Positions 27,430 to 41,058 of a stretch of DNA of 64,000 nt are shown here, piece after piece. The stretch is from Octopus sinensis (lineage: Eukaryota). The translations under genes were made by a program, and so were the position numbers. How positions within the stretch are numbered: position 1 is the stretch's first letter; every line of letters starts with the position of its first letter. Location: NCBI RefSeq assembly GCF_006345805.1, contig NC_043000.1, forward strand, positions 101,680,001-101,744,000. The letters run 5' to 3'. Under the pieces are notes generated by a model. It was not told the DNA's origin. It worked only from the letters and a program-made list of their open reading frames with translations, and ran no database searches.

Positions 27430-27770
27430 TGAAGGTGCATGGCTTAGTGGTTAGAGCCTTGGATTCACAATCATGAAGTAATTAGTTTAATTCATAGACC
27501 AAGCTGTGTTCCTGAACAAGACACTTTATTTCAAATTGCTCTAGTTTATTCAGCTGTAGAAATGAATTGCAACATCACTGGTGGCAAGCTTTATCAGCTT
27601 TTGCTTTTCCTTTGGACAATATAGATGGTGTTGAAAGGTGAGGCCAGTATGCAAAGGTGGGGAATTGCTGGCCTTTCATAAAAACAACTTTGCTTGGGCT
27701 TGTGCCTAGGAGGGGAACTTTCTAGGTGCAATCCCATGGTCATTTGTGATCATAGGAGTTCTTTACTTTA
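27430..27770 (+). mobile_element. tRNA-derived SINE, family D-related head
   Basis: Same head as 25182 and 25880 copies (gaaggtgcatggcttagtggttagag). Confidence 0.7.
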
Positions 27771-27874
27771 CTAGTTATCCACAGATTGGAGTATGATCCA
27801 AATGTATACATCACCAGTCAAGAAGGATTTGCAAATCTTATGAGTGCAGCACCTTCCTCCTCCTCCTCCTCCTC

Positions 27875-27905
<31 letters not shown>

Positions 27906-28494
27906 ACATCTTGGTGTTGTGACATCAAACAAGAGCAAGATGACAGAAAGTAATAGACAAAGTAACTTGGCGCATAGGTTCCTGCTGAAGTAGAAAGCGT
28001 CATACACTATCTTTAGATCAGAGCCTTACTCAAAGTGCTCACATCAGAACAAACTCTATGAAAGGCTCCCAAGGGCCAGGTGTGCATGGAGATGGTGGTA
28101 GTGTTAAAGCAGAGGGTAGATTAGGTCTATCACCTTTGGTTTTGTATTTTCTCTCTTTGTTGCATTAAGATAGAATTTAAATGACTTCAATTTCATTGAT
28201 GAATTGAGTTTTATTGCATCATTCTTCCTATTTATGTGTAAAAGAACTAAAATAAAATGAACATTCTTATTTATTTTCTATGAATTTCCACTTTGAATCA
28301 CTGTTTCCATTTAGTTTCTATGGAAACAATATAAATATTTATATATTAACTTTTGATTCTACCAACTATTTTGTTATTTTTTTATAGTTACAATGCTTTA
28401 TATCAATCCATTTAAGTGTGTATATGTGTATGGGTATGTGTGTGTGTGTAGATGCATGCACCTATATGCATAAATAAATCTATCTATCTATATG

Positions 28495-28554
<60 letters not shown>

Positions 28555-29969
28555 AGTGTGTGTGTGTGTATTCATTTGTTTCCTGGTGCATCTATATCCA
28601 TCAATAAATATATTTGTTTTTCTATTTATGTAATTACCACTGTGTATATATATATATGTGTGTGTGTGTGTGGGCACATGCATGTCCATGTATGTTTGTG
28701 TGTGCATGTGTGTGTGTGTGTGTGTGTGTGTAGCTGCATGTGTATGTAAATACATTTGGATTATAAATCTGGTGCAGTACTGCTAAACCAAACCTTCTGA
28801 CTTAATCTTCTATGAATATATTTATTTTGTAAAAATATATCAAGTTTGCATCAAGCAGCATGGGGCATGAGGAATTTACAAATATCTGTTTCCATCTCTC
28901 AATCTCTCTCTCTTTCCCTCTCTTCCTCTTTCTCTCTCACTTTCTCTCCTCCTTATATATGTATGTGTGTGTGTGTTTATATATCTATATATAATGTATG
29001 TGTGCTGTATATGTAGATATATATTATCTATATATATAATATATATACATGTGTATAAATATATATGTACAAATGTATGTATATATATAAATGTACATAT
29101 ATATATATGCATGTGTGCATATATTATATGTTTATATATATATATATATATATATAATATAATATATATTATACATATATGCAATATAATATATATTATA
29201 TGCCACATATATATGTGTACAGATATGAACATATATATTTATATATATATATATATTCTATATATATATATATTTATATATTATATATATATATATATAT
29301 ATTATATATATTATATATATACATATATATATATCTATATATATATATAATATATATATACATGTGTGTGTATACACACACACTCACAGACAAATGTTCC
29401 TCCAGAACCACCCACCAACGTACAAAATTAGTTATTTTTATCATTCCTCATTATCTTTGTCTTCTTTGTCACTGTAATCATCACAACTGTGTTTTTAACC
29501 AACAATTTAAAATTCTCCATTTGTTGTTGTTGTTGTTGTTGATGGTGGTGGTGCCGATGTGTTCTCGAACACCATTATCTCTATGTTACTGTGTTGCAGA
29601 TAGTCTAATGATTAGTCTATCTCCATCAGTTAATATTGCTCAAAGTTAATATTACATCAGTTTACATTACTAAAAGAGAAAAAGCATACAAAATCACTTA
29701 AACATATCAATATGAACTCTAACCATAGCTGTGTGGTTAAGAATTTCACTTTGCATTAATCATTTAGTTCCTGTTTCAACCCCACTGCATGACACACTTT
29801 GTACTATAGTTTCAGATTAACCAACCCTCCTCAGTATCAGCATTTAATGTTCATTTTCCTTGCTGGCATGGGTTGGATGGATGAACAGGAGCTAGCAAAC
29901 CTGCGGACTACAACAAGCTTTCGTGTCTGCTTTGGCATGTATGTCTAATACCTTGCTGTTATTCTCTCT

Positions 29970-29971
<2 letters not shown>

Positions 29972-30002
<31 letters not shown>

Positions 30003-30200
30003 TTAATGTCTGTTTTCCTTGCTGACATGGGTTGGATGGTTTGACAAGAGCTAGTAAGGCCAGAGGTTGCACAAGGCGTCATTTTCTGTTCTGGCATGGT
30101 TTCTGCAGTTGGATGCCCTTCCTAATGCCAACCACTTTACAGAGTATACTGGTGGTGCACCAGTGCTTTTAATGTGGCACCAGCACAAGTGTATTCTCTA
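29972..30200 (-). mobile_element. Retroposon family C
   Basis: (CAT)n followed by reverse-complement core. Confidence 0.8.
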
Positions 30201-30291
30201 TATATGTATATTTCTGTGTGTGTGTGTGTGTGTGTATGTGTGTATTTCTATGTGTGTGTATTTCTATATGTATGTATGTGTGGGAGTATTT

Positions 30292-30528
30292 CTTATTTCT
30301 TTATTGCTCATAAGGCGCTAAACACAGAGGGGATAAACAAGAACAGACAAAGGGATTAAGTCAATTACATCAACCCCAGTGCATAACTGGTACTTAATTT
30401 ATCGACCCCGAAAGGATGAAAAGCAAAGTCAACCTTGGCAGAATTTGAACTGAGAACGTAACGGCAGACCCAAATGCTGCTAAGCATTTTGCCCAGCATG
30501 CTAACGTTTCTGCCAGCTCACCGCCTTC
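30292..30528 (-). mobile_element. SINE family A, full length
   Basis: Complete reverse-complement copy; TSD tg(g/a)gagtattt 30281-30291 / 30529-30539. Confidence 0.88.
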
Positions 30529-30730
30529 TGAGAGTATTTGTGTGTGTGTGTATGTGTGTGCATGTGTGCATATGCATGTCTAGTGCCAAAACCAGTTGAA
30601 TGTCCAGTCAGTCATGCCAATCCTCAGTGTCAAAACAGCCATGTCCAGTTATCTCTTTCCATGTGTGATGCTGGGGAAAACATAAACACAGATTGAGGGA
30701 CACAAGTTTATACCAATGTAAAAATTGATA

Positions 30731-30947
30731 AACTCTATGATCAAAAGTATTAGAACCACAAACTTCACATATTTCGAGAAGTATCACTGCTCAATCAGTG
30801 ATGACTTTTGGCTCAGCAACAACGTCTTTTTCATTCAATCTGCTAGAAATAGCAACCAAATGTCCGTCAATCAAACTCTCTCATCTTAAAAATTATATAT
30901 GTATGTGTGTGTGTGTGTTTATATATATATATAAATGTATGTGTGTG

Positions 30948-30988
<41 letters not shown>

Positions 30989-31169
30989 GTGTATAAATAT
31001 ATATGTACAAATGTATGTATATATATAAATGTACATATAATATATGCATGTGTGCATATATATATATGTTTATATATATATATATACACACACATATATG
31101 CATATATATATATATATATATGCACACATATATATGTGTACAGATATGAACATATATTTTATATATAAG

Positions 31170-31201
<32 letters not shown>

Positions 31202-32112
31202 TACATGTGTGTGTATACACACACACTCACAGACAAATGTTCCTCCAGAACCACCCACCAACGTACAAAATTAGTTATTTTTATCATTCCTCATTATCTT
31301 TGTCTTCTTTGTCACTGTAATCATCACAACTGTGTTTTTAACCAACAATTTAAAATTCTCATTTTGTTGTTGTTGTTGTTGTTGATGGTGGTGGTGCCGA
31401 TGTGTTCTCGAACACCATTATCTCTATGTTACTGTGTTGCAGATAGTCTAATGATTAGTCTATCTCCATCAGTTAATATTGCTCAAAGTTAATATTACAT
31501 CAGTTTACATTACTAAAAGAGAAAAATCATACAAAATCACTTAAACATATCAATATGAACTCTAACCATAGCTGTGTGGTTAAGAATATAATACTTTTGA
31601 TCATAGAGTTCTTCAAGATCAGAGCTAAACTAGGACTGAACAACAACAACAACAGTAATAACAACAAAAACAACCGCAAAAATACAATCATTACTATATG
31701 TGCTCTACACAGTAACCACTGTATACTATAGAATACATGAATCATCACTCAATAAGATAAAACTACATATAATCTATAATCAATGCTCAATACTATAACA
31801 CTGCTCACGTGGCAACAACAAAATGTTTCTTATTCTACGTGGTTGCCCAATAATATTACACAACACATACACACACACACCTCACAGGGCATCTATTCTA
31901 CACAGTCACCATCTGATAGAGAATACACTTGTGCTGGTGCCACATTAAAAGCACTGGTGCACCCAGTATACTCTGTAAAGTGGTTGGCATTAGGAAGGGC
32001 ATCCAACTGCAGAAACCATGCCAGAACAGAAAATGACGCCTTGTGCAACCTCTGGCCTTACTAGCTCTTGTCAAACCATCCAACCCATGTCAGCAAGGAA
32101 AACAGACATTAA

Positions 32113-32145
<33 letters not shown>

Positions 32146-32559
32146 AGAGAGAATAACAGCAAGGTATTAGACATACATGCCAAAGCAGACACGAAAGCTT
32201 GTTGTAGTCCGCAGGTTTGCTAGCTCCTGTTCATCCATCCAACCCATGCCAGCAAGGAAAATGAACATTAAATGCTGATACTGAGGAGGGTTGGTTAATC
32301 TGAAACTATAGTACAAAGTGTGTCATGCAGTGGGGTTGAAACAGGAACTAAATGATTAATGCAAAGTGAAATTCTTAACCACACAGCTATGGTTAGAGTT
32401 CATATTGATATGTTTAAGTGATTTTGTATGCTTTTTCTCTTTTAGTAATGTAAACTGATGTAATATTAACTTTGAGCAATATTAACTGATGGAGATAGAC
32501 TAATCATTAGACTATCTGCAACACAGTAACATAGAGATAATGGTGTTCGAGAACACATC
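30731..32559. repeat. Composite local duplication/inversion insertion (four flank-derived segments)
   Basis: 30731-30894 = rc(32803-32966); 30893-31587 = 28953-29744; 31589-31919 = 32945-33275; 31916-32559 = rc(29556-30201). Confidence 0.9.
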
Positions 32560-33329
32560 AACAAGGGCCAGACTGAACTGAAATAGCTACTAAGTTTGAT
32601 TTGATCAATTAAATCCTTGAAGGCATTGCCCCAGCATGGCCACAGTTCAGTCACCGAAACAATAAAAGGAATAAAATATTAAGTGAGATATAAATAACTA
32701 AGATGTCAGATATGATAGCAAAAAACACTTAGAGTAAAAATTGGAGCACTAGAGTTGTTAAAGAAGAACACAGAAGGAGAACATTATCCAATGTGTACTT
32801 TCAATTTTTAAGATGAGAGAGTTTGATTGACAGACATTTGGTTGCTATTTCTAGCAGATTGAATGAAAAAGACGTTGTTGCTGAGCCAAAAGTCATCACT
32901 GATTGAGCAGTGATACTTCTCGAAATATGTGAAGTTTGTGGTTCTAATACTTTTGATCATAGAGTTCTTCAAGATCAGAGCTAAACTAGGACTGAACAAC
33001 AACAACAACAGTAATAACAACAAAAACAACCGCAAAAATACAATCATTACTATATGTGCTCTACACAGTAACCACTGTATACTATAGAATACATGAATCA
33101 TCACTCAATAAGATAAAACTACATATAATCTATAATCAATGCTCAATACTATAACACTGCTCACGTGGCAACAACAAAATGTTTCTTATTCTACGTGGTT
33201 GCCCAATAATATTACACAACACATACACACACACACCTCACAGGGCATCTATTCTACACAGTCACCATCTGATAGTATAACACCTGTCACATTATACCTA
33301 GACACTCCATGCCAAACTTGCACCGACCT

Positions 33330-33675
33330 TCTGAAGACATGGTTCCAGGTTGAGACCCTTCTCATCATACCTTGAGCAACTGTCTCCTACTATAACCTCA
33401 GGCTGTTCAAAGCCTTGTGAGCAGATTTGGAAGACAGAAACTGAAAGAAGCCTAAAATATGTGTGTGTGTCTTTGTGTCTGTGTTTGTCCTCTGACATTG
33501 CTTGACAACCAGTATTGGTGTGTTTACATCACTGTAAACTTAGGAATTCAGCAAAAGAGACTAACAGAATAAGAACCAAATTTATAAAAATAAGTACTGG
33601 TCTCGATCCAATTGACTAAATTCTTCAAGGTGCCCCAGCATGGCCACAGCCCAATGACTAACACAAGTAAAAGGT
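33330..33675 (+). mobile_element. SINE family B, 5'-truncated
   Basis: Similarity to 19805-20330. Confidence 0.8.
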
Positions 33676-33779
33676 AAACAATATCCTCTAATGGAGTCAT
33701 ACCAAGCTTCTCTCTTTCAAAATCAGAAGATACTATCACTGTTCATATTAACAAAACATCATCGCACCTATTGGAAATG

Positions 33780-34110
33780 TTATCTAAACCAGGCCTTACC
33801 ATTACTGTGAATTTCTTATTATGAGGGTTCATCCTTAACATAGAACCACATCTCAAAGATTGGTCTTTCTCTTCAACGTCACATAATTGGTTAACCCAAA
33901 TACTAAATGATCCTCTACAAAGTTCATGTGAGACTCAGATTGGAGTGTTGCTCCCACATCTTGGACGGTGTTACTACATATCTGTAGACATCTTTAACTG
34001 CACCCAGAGAATGGTCACTCAATTGTACGGCATCCAATCACTTACAGACACACTCCAGCCTCTGAACCACAGACATGCTGTTTCTTCTCCCTGCTGCTTT
34101 TTACTGCTTC
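33780..34110 (+). mobile_element. Decayed CR1/Jockey-group LINE ORF2 fragment (post-RT thumb region)
   Basis: Translates ILYKVHVRLRLECCSHILDG...DIFNCTQRMVTQLYG..SLTDTLQPLNHRHAVSS, resembling LYKAQVRP.LEYCSHIW...LDRIQRRA...LQPL.HRR; frameshifted. Confidence 0.7.
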
Positions 34111-34234
34111 TATAATTGCTTCTGTTACTTGTCTCTGGCTGATCTCATAGTTTCAGACCACTTCCAGTCAGGCACTTCCAACTCATTCATCCCTCCTCCT
34201 CCTATCCTTCTTCATGTGTCTTACCCTTGTATTC

Positions 34235-34875
34235 TGCACTAATCACTGCACTGTATGAAAGTGAAACTTGGATGCCATACACATGCCAAGAGCGTCGCCT
34301 AAATATCTTTCACCTGCGCTGCCTCCAGAAAATCCTTGGCATCAAATGGCAGAAGCATATCCCCAACAAAGATGTCCTCAAGCAAGCAGGAATACCACAC
34401 AAAGACGTATGAGATGGCTTCGACATGTTAGCCATATAGAAGATGGCAGAATTCCTAAGGACATACTCTACGGAGAGCTTGCTGGGGGCACTAGGTCTGT
34501 GGGAAGACCGTTCTTACAATACAAAGATATTTGAAAAAGGGACATGAAGGCCTGCGACATCGATATTAGCAACTGGAAAGCAGTTGCCAGCAACCGTGGA
34601 GATTGGCGATGTACCGTAAAAGAGGGAACACAAAGAGTGACATAGAGAGGAGAAATGGAAAGACAAGAAAAGACGTCAACAAGAAAGTATGACATTACAA
34701 CCAGCCAGGCAAAGTCTTCACTACATTTGCGGCACCTGCCAGAAGGAGTGTTTGTCCAGGATAGGACTACACAGCCACAGCAGGAGATGTATTAGGACAT
34801 GAAATGTAAAAGCCAGACTAGATAATTTTATGTGCAACTCCATTGTCTCTAAAGACAAAAAAAGGATGCCAACTG
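34235..34875 (+). mobile_element. RTE-clade LINE 3' fragment (pseudogenised)
   Basis: LYESETW..Y..QERRLNIFHLRCLQKILGIKWQ..IPNKDVL; RRMRWLRHVSHIEDGRIPKDILYGEL..G.RSVGRP; C-terminal C2H2-like YICGTCQKECLSRIGLHSHSRRC; frameshifts and stops. Confidence 0.9.
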
Positions 34876-35054
34876 CACCTAATTACTCCTCACAATGACA
34901 TTAGCCTTCTGGAGTTCTTTTTCTGCTCATGCCTTCTTCCTGCAGCTGTTGACTTGCAACAGTTTAAGTGGACTATTAGCACCATCAATCTTGCACCAGT
35001 CTTGGAGAGCTGGCTTTGGCCACTAAGCATTAACTCTTCCTTCAAACTTAGCAA

Positions 35055-35400
35055 CCATCATCATTTGACATTTTCTATTCTGGCATGGTTTGGACAGTTT
35101 GACATGAAAATGGCCAACTGGGAACTATCCAGACTCCAGTTGTCTATTGTATCATGATTTCTATAGCTGAATGCCCTTCCTAATGCCAACCACTTTACTG
35201 TGTGTGCTGGGTGCTTTTTATGCACCAACAGCATGGGTGCATTTATGCAACACCTGCACAGGTGCGTTAATGCTGTACCAGCATGGGCGCTTATTAAGTC
35301 GCACCGACACCTGAAAGGACAAACCTCTGTGTGTGGAAGATAGTGATTTTACTTAGCTTGATGCAAATTGCCACATCTCCCGGTCTCTTGTCAGTTTCTC
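35055..35400 (-). mobile_element. Retroposon family C
   Basis: Reverse complement similar to 7490-7817. Confidence 0.75.
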
Positions 35401-35660
35401 AGTGAGATAATTAAATAACAAAATTCATAAAATAAAAAAATAGAAAAATTAAAAAAAAAATAAAAATCCAACAGTGAAACACATTAAAAATTCCCCAGTG
35501 TGCAACGCAATCACCGCCTGACATGTATGAGATATAATTCACATCGTGTTTAAGCGTACATGATTACTACCACCCGGCAGACACAAGAACACATAACGCA
35601 CACCACAACTTGCACAGAACACAATCACCATCGAATCGAACACAACAGTACATCTCTCAC

Positions 35661-35766
35661 CTGACACATATTCCGTGCAACTAAGTGCCAAAACATTAAG
35701 AGTAACGCAGAAATAAAGCAAAAATGTAAAAAAAAAAATGAGAAAAAAACCCGCAAAACAATCCAT
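35661..35766 (-). CDS. Candidate first coding exon encoding a signal peptide (unknown secreted/membrane protein)
   Basis: ATG at 35766; MDCFAGFFLIFFFTFLLYFCVTLNVLA-LSCTEYVS then strong phase-1 donor cag|gtgaga; lies in a locally CpG-retaining unique stretch. No partner exons found. Confidence 0.35.
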
Positions 35767-35932
35767 TGAAAAAGGAAAATGTTAACTGATTTAGTAGACA
35801 AACGCAACTTGACAATCCCAGACGATAGTACTGCATACACACATACACACACACACACACACACGCACTTGCACAAACTGCAAAAGTATGCAGGTGCACT
35901 TTGTAGTACATTAGTGACTTGTATGAAATTGT

Positions 35933-35933
<1 letters not shown>

Positions 35934-35965
<32 letters not shown>

Positions 35966-35994
35966 GCAGTAAAAAGAAGGAACACGATAATGAC

Positions 35995-36042
<48 letters not shown>

Positions 36043-36191
36043 CATAGTAATAATAAAATAATTCTTCGTGCTTTCTTTTTAGTTTTTCGTTTTCAGCATT
36101 CTTTCTATTTCTTTTCACAATCTGATCTCTTGTTACAACACATAATTTTAATCTAGTAACATATTGAAATAATAATAATAACAACAACAAC

Positions 36192-36229
<38 letters not shown>

Positions 36230-36230
36230 T
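35934..36230. repeat. (AAT)n/(AAC)n microsatellite cluster
   Basis: Directly visible. Confidence 0.9.
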
Positions 36231-36544
36231 TAAATGTAAAAAAAAAAAAAATTAATAAAAAAAAGAAGTTCCAGTAATTAGTTAATTAACAATGTATCTG
36301 TTGGCATTTTATGGTACGAAGTCACTGATTATCTTTCTACTGCTAGAAGTTAATTATGAGATTAATGGTAATGAGTAGATTAGGAACTCAGATCGTTCTA
36401 TGTATGAAATCTTTCCAATTTGCCTGTTGCTGCTGTTATCACCATTGCTGTTCTTGTTCTTGTGGTTGTCGTTGCAGCTGTTGTTGTTACGTTGTTAATT
36501 ATTGTTGTTGTTGTTTTTGTTGCATTCAAGTGCATGTTTGGGTT

Positions 36545-37125
36545 AGATGAGGGTAGCGAGGGTGGTGGGGACGGTAGGTAGTGATTGTAGTAACTGTAGT
36601 GGTGTTGATGGTGGTGAATGTGGTAAAGACGATGGCAAAAGTGATGGTGCTGCTGGTGGCGGCATTGGTGGTAGTGGTGGTGGTGATGGTGGTGGTGGCG
36701 GCGGCGGTAGGGGTATTGGCAGTGGTGATACTGGTGGTCGTGTTGGTGATAGCAATGGTAGTGGTGGTGGTGGTGGTGGTGGTGGTGCTAGGGGTATTGG
36801 CAGTGGTGGTACTGGTGGTTGTGTTGGTGATAGCAATGGTGGTGGTGGTGGTGGTGGTAATGTTGGTGACGGCGATGGTGTCGGTGGTCATGATAGTGGT
36901 GAAGGTGGTAATGGTGGTAACAGTTGTAATAGTAATGATGATGGGTGGTGTAGTTGTGATGTCATGTAAACGGAGGTGGTGGTAGCGATGGTGGTGGTGA
37001 TGGTGGTGATGGTAGGGTTGTGATAATGGTGGTGTTGGTGATGGCAGTGGCAATAGCATTGGTGGTAATGGTGGTGGTGGTGGTGGTGGTGGTGATGATG
37101 ATGGTGGTGGGGGTGGTGGCGGAAT
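36545..37125. repeat. (GGT)n-derived cryptic low-complexity tract with an ~81-bp internal duplication
   Basis: taggggtattggcagtggtg.tactggtggt.gtgttggtgatagcaatggt occurs at ~36708 and ~36789. Confidence 0.8.
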
Positions 37126-39227
37126 GCAATGCTGAATAAACCATCAGTCTTTGATCGGAGAAGGGGAAAGTGTTAATCGATTCCGAATTGTATTAATAAA
37201 TAACGACTAATTACAATATATAATGAATTACCAAGAAAAGTGTGATGATGTTGACGATGAATTAACTTGCTGCAACCACAACCGCAACTGCAACGACAAC
37301 AAAAATAATAGCGAAGCAAAAAAAAAATAAAGAGAAAAAGGTGCAAAGATGAAAGCAACACGGAGGGGGAAAAAGAAATGAAATGATTTTTAATTTCTTT
37401 GTCAGTAGTTAATGAGCAAAATCTTATGATACTGATGATAATGATGAGGAAGAGAAGTGGCCATGGGGCAGAGGATTGGCAGAGGAAGAGATATGCATGG
37501 AGGAGGTGGAAAAAAGGAAGTGGTGATGGTGACGAAGGGAAATCTGTGATTATCTTTTTATTGTCTCCTATTAAAATGGATGTATTGAAATGATAGAACA
37601 GAGCTGTGTTTAATATGTACTATAAACACTATAAATACATAACACCCATGGACACATACTTGGGTATGGTTTATGAGGCATGGCTATGTGGTAAGTTGTT
37701 TGTTTCCGAATCAATATAGTTCCAGGGTTCAATCCCACTGTAGTTTTCTAATATAACTCATGTTCGTAAGATGGTGGTTTCAATTCCAGGAGCAGGCAAT
37801 ACATTGTGTTCTTGAGCAAAACACTTCATTTCACATTGTCTCTGTCCACTCAGCTGGAAAAAATGAATAATCCTGCAATGGACCAGTGCTCACTCCAGAA
37901 GGGGAATTTGTACATCGTGGAAACTAGGAAACCAACCCTTATGGATCGGTATGACTCAAGGAGGAAACTTTACCTTACCTTAATGTCCTAGCTTGGCTGC
38001 AGTCCAATGACTGTAACAAGTAAAAGATATAAAAAATATGTCCATTTATACCCAGTTATATGGACATGTAAAATATGAAGGTAAATTTGTATGTGGATGT
38101 ATGCACATACAAATTATAGTCTATATACACAGACATTCTATATATGTATGCATACATACATTCTATATTCTATACAAATACACATTCTACATAGACACCC
38201 TCTTTCCCTTTCATGACTGCATATCCACACACACTATACTCAGACAGACACACACAAGCTCACTAAAGATTCTATGGGATTGCTTGATCTGCTAGAAATA
38301 ACAGTTAACTCTCCTTCAAATGCTACTCTACCATCTTAATGAAGGACACATTAGATGGTGTAATTACTAATTTCTTGACAATAGAAAATAATGATTGGAT
38401 GGTAATGGTTTGGATGCATTTAATCATAGGTTTCCCTGATCTGATTTGACCTGGGGTTAAGCTACAAAACAACTCACATGCACACACATTCACAAATATG
38501 TGTCCCACAAAATGTCCTTTTTCACTTGTTTGTATAAAGTCAAATCAGGATTATTGTTTAGGACAGGTGGTATGTATAGTTTTTCATTAAACATTATAAC
38601 GAACATGCAGAAACTGTCTCTCACTCAGTCCAACACATACATTTGAGAGCAGAAATAGATGTGTGATTAAAACATGGTTTCTGTTTCAGTACCACTGTAT
38701 GGAACATTGTTGTTTACCATAGCCTCAGTCTGGCTATTAGTGGAATTTTGTAGATGGCAAACTGTGAAAGTATGTCTAAAGACAACCCTTCTTTTATGGT
38801 AAGCTCAGGAACTGTCACCTGGTTATGTTTGGCTGAGTTATCTCTCTTCTGTGATGTTCCCTCCCCCATTTTTTCTTTGGTCCGTCTAGGACATGAGGAT
38901 GAGTTAAGTATGAGACAACATAATGTAATCAACTAAGTTCCTTAATGGCACTGCTCCAGCATGGCAGCTGTTCAAGAACTAAAACCAGTAACAGAATAAA
39001 TGTAACACACGCTTATGTGCATACATGCATATGGACATTCTTGCATATGCACATATGTGTAAGCAGATATATACATAAATGAATAATTGATATTTTATAT
39101 TCTAATCAATATACATATACAGATAAGAATACATGCACATATGCACACACACACACACATACACATCTGCATATATATGCATTTGAGTGTAAGCATCTAA
39201 TTGAACAGTACATTTTATATTCCAATC

Positions 39228-39262
<35 letters not shown>

Positions 39263-39939
39263 TACAGATAAGAAAACTGACACTCACACAAACATATGAA
39301 TATGTACATATATATTAACAGTCTACATTTTATCCTCCCAACCACATATTCATATCACAAACAAAACACAGACTCTCTCTCACATACACACATGCATATA
39401 TACACATACATTTATGCATGTATTAATGGTAATATTCTCATATACATGTGAGCTTATTATAAATGACTTTGTTATATTAAATTTTAAGAATCTACATATT
39501 TACATTTCAAGATGAATTATTGTCAATTTTCAAGATTCCTATGCTATTAATCTCATCAACTTATTCCGATTCCATGTATCCTTGATTCGGTCCTTGTCCC
39601 CTTTTGTTATATGGATTAATCATAAATAAGGAGCTATGTGATGACCCTTTGAAGGTCCTCTTGCGCTAATGAGATTAATGATGTGGTGAATATTCAGTTT
39701 AGTTTGAACATCTGTATATCAATTTTCTGGGAATAGAATTGGTGGGGTTCTGGTGATAGGATCGGCATTATGATTAGTGTAGGCTTCATGATCCATGGGT
39801 GTGTTTCCAGAACCATAGGCTAGAACCTGATAAAAGAAGAGAGTATTGCCACAACAGTTAATGAACTTATGACACTGATGAAGGAACAAGTTATGTGTTG
39901 TGTTCCTCATTGTGTATGATATAGCTGATGGATGGTGAT

Positions 39940-40735
39940 GGTAGTTGCCATGGTGATGGTGGTGGTAGAAGCTGTGGCTGTGGCAGTGGAAGCTGTGGTG
40001 GTGGAAGCTGTGGCTGTGGTGGTGAAAGCTGTGGTTGTGGCAGTGGAAGCTGTTGTGGTGGAAGCTGTGGCTGTGGTGGTGGAAGCTGTGGCTTTGGTGG
40101 TGGAAGCTGTGGCTGTGGTGGTGGAAGCTGTGGCTTTGGTGGTGGAAGCTGTGGCTTTGGTGGTGGAAGCTGTGGCTGTGGTGGTGGAAGCTGTGGCTTT
40201 GGTGGTGGAAGCTGTGGCTTTGGTGGTGGAAAGCTGTGGTTGTGGTGGGGGAAGCTGTGGCTGTGGTGGTGGAAGCTGTGGCTGTGGTGGTGGAAGCTGT
40301 GGCTGTGGTAGTGGAAGCTGTGGCTGTGGTGGTGAAAGCTGTGGTTGTGGCGGTGGAAGCTGTGGCTTTGATGGTGGAAGCTGTGGCTGTGGCAGTGGAA
40401 GCTGTGGTGGTGGAAGCTGTGGCTGTGGTGGTGGAAGCTGTGGTGGTGGTGGTGGAAACTGTGGCTTTGGTGGTGGAAGCTGTGGCTGTGGTGGTGGAAG
40501 CTGTGGCTGTAGCGGTGGAAGCTGTGGCTGTGGCAGTGGAAGCTGTGGCTTTGGTGGTGGAAGCTGTGGCTGTGGCGGTGGAAGCTGTGGTGGTGGAAGC
40601 TGTAGCTGTGGTAGTGGAAGCTGTGGCTTTGGTGGTGGAAGCTGTGGCTGTGGTGGTGAAAGCTGTGGCTGTGGTGGTGGTGAAAGCTGTGGCTGTGGTG
40701 GTGGTGAAAGCTGTGGCTGTGGTGGTGGTGGTGGC
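39940..40735. repeat. 21-bp minisatellite GGTGGTGGAAGCTGTGGCT(G/T)T
   Basis: Roughly 35-40 units with 15/21/24-nt variants; one +1 frameshift near 40230. Confidence 0.9.
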
Positions 40736-40859
40736 GGTCACTAGAGAGAGAGACACACACTATGGTGTAGTGCAACAGGGAGAGCCTGGTGTGTTTGGGG
40801 GCATTGCCCTTTTACCATCTTCAGGGTGCTTTCTCCCTACATATTTTCATGATGCCAGG

Positions 40860-41058
40860 TTGGCTTCGGTGGCATGTACAAAGCATCCACTACACTCTCG
40901 GAGTGGTTGGTGTTAGGAAGGGCATCCAGCTGTGGAAACTCTGCCAGATCAAGATCGGAGTCTGGTGCAGCCATCTGGTTTGTCAGCCCTCAGTCAAAAT
41001 CGTCCAACCTATGCTAGCATGGAAAGCGGACGTTAAACGATGATGATGATGATGATGA
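40860..41058 (+). mobile_element. Retroposon family C
   Basis: Well-preserved core and (GAT)n tail. Confidence 0.85.

Noticed and set aside
34227-34695. Host gene in ORFs 34227-34534
   Set aside because: Frameshifted RTE LINE remnant.
36526-37144. Gly-rich or Thr/Pro-rich protein gene
   Set aside because: GGT-based low complexity is open in most frames by composition; no splice sites or domain evidence.
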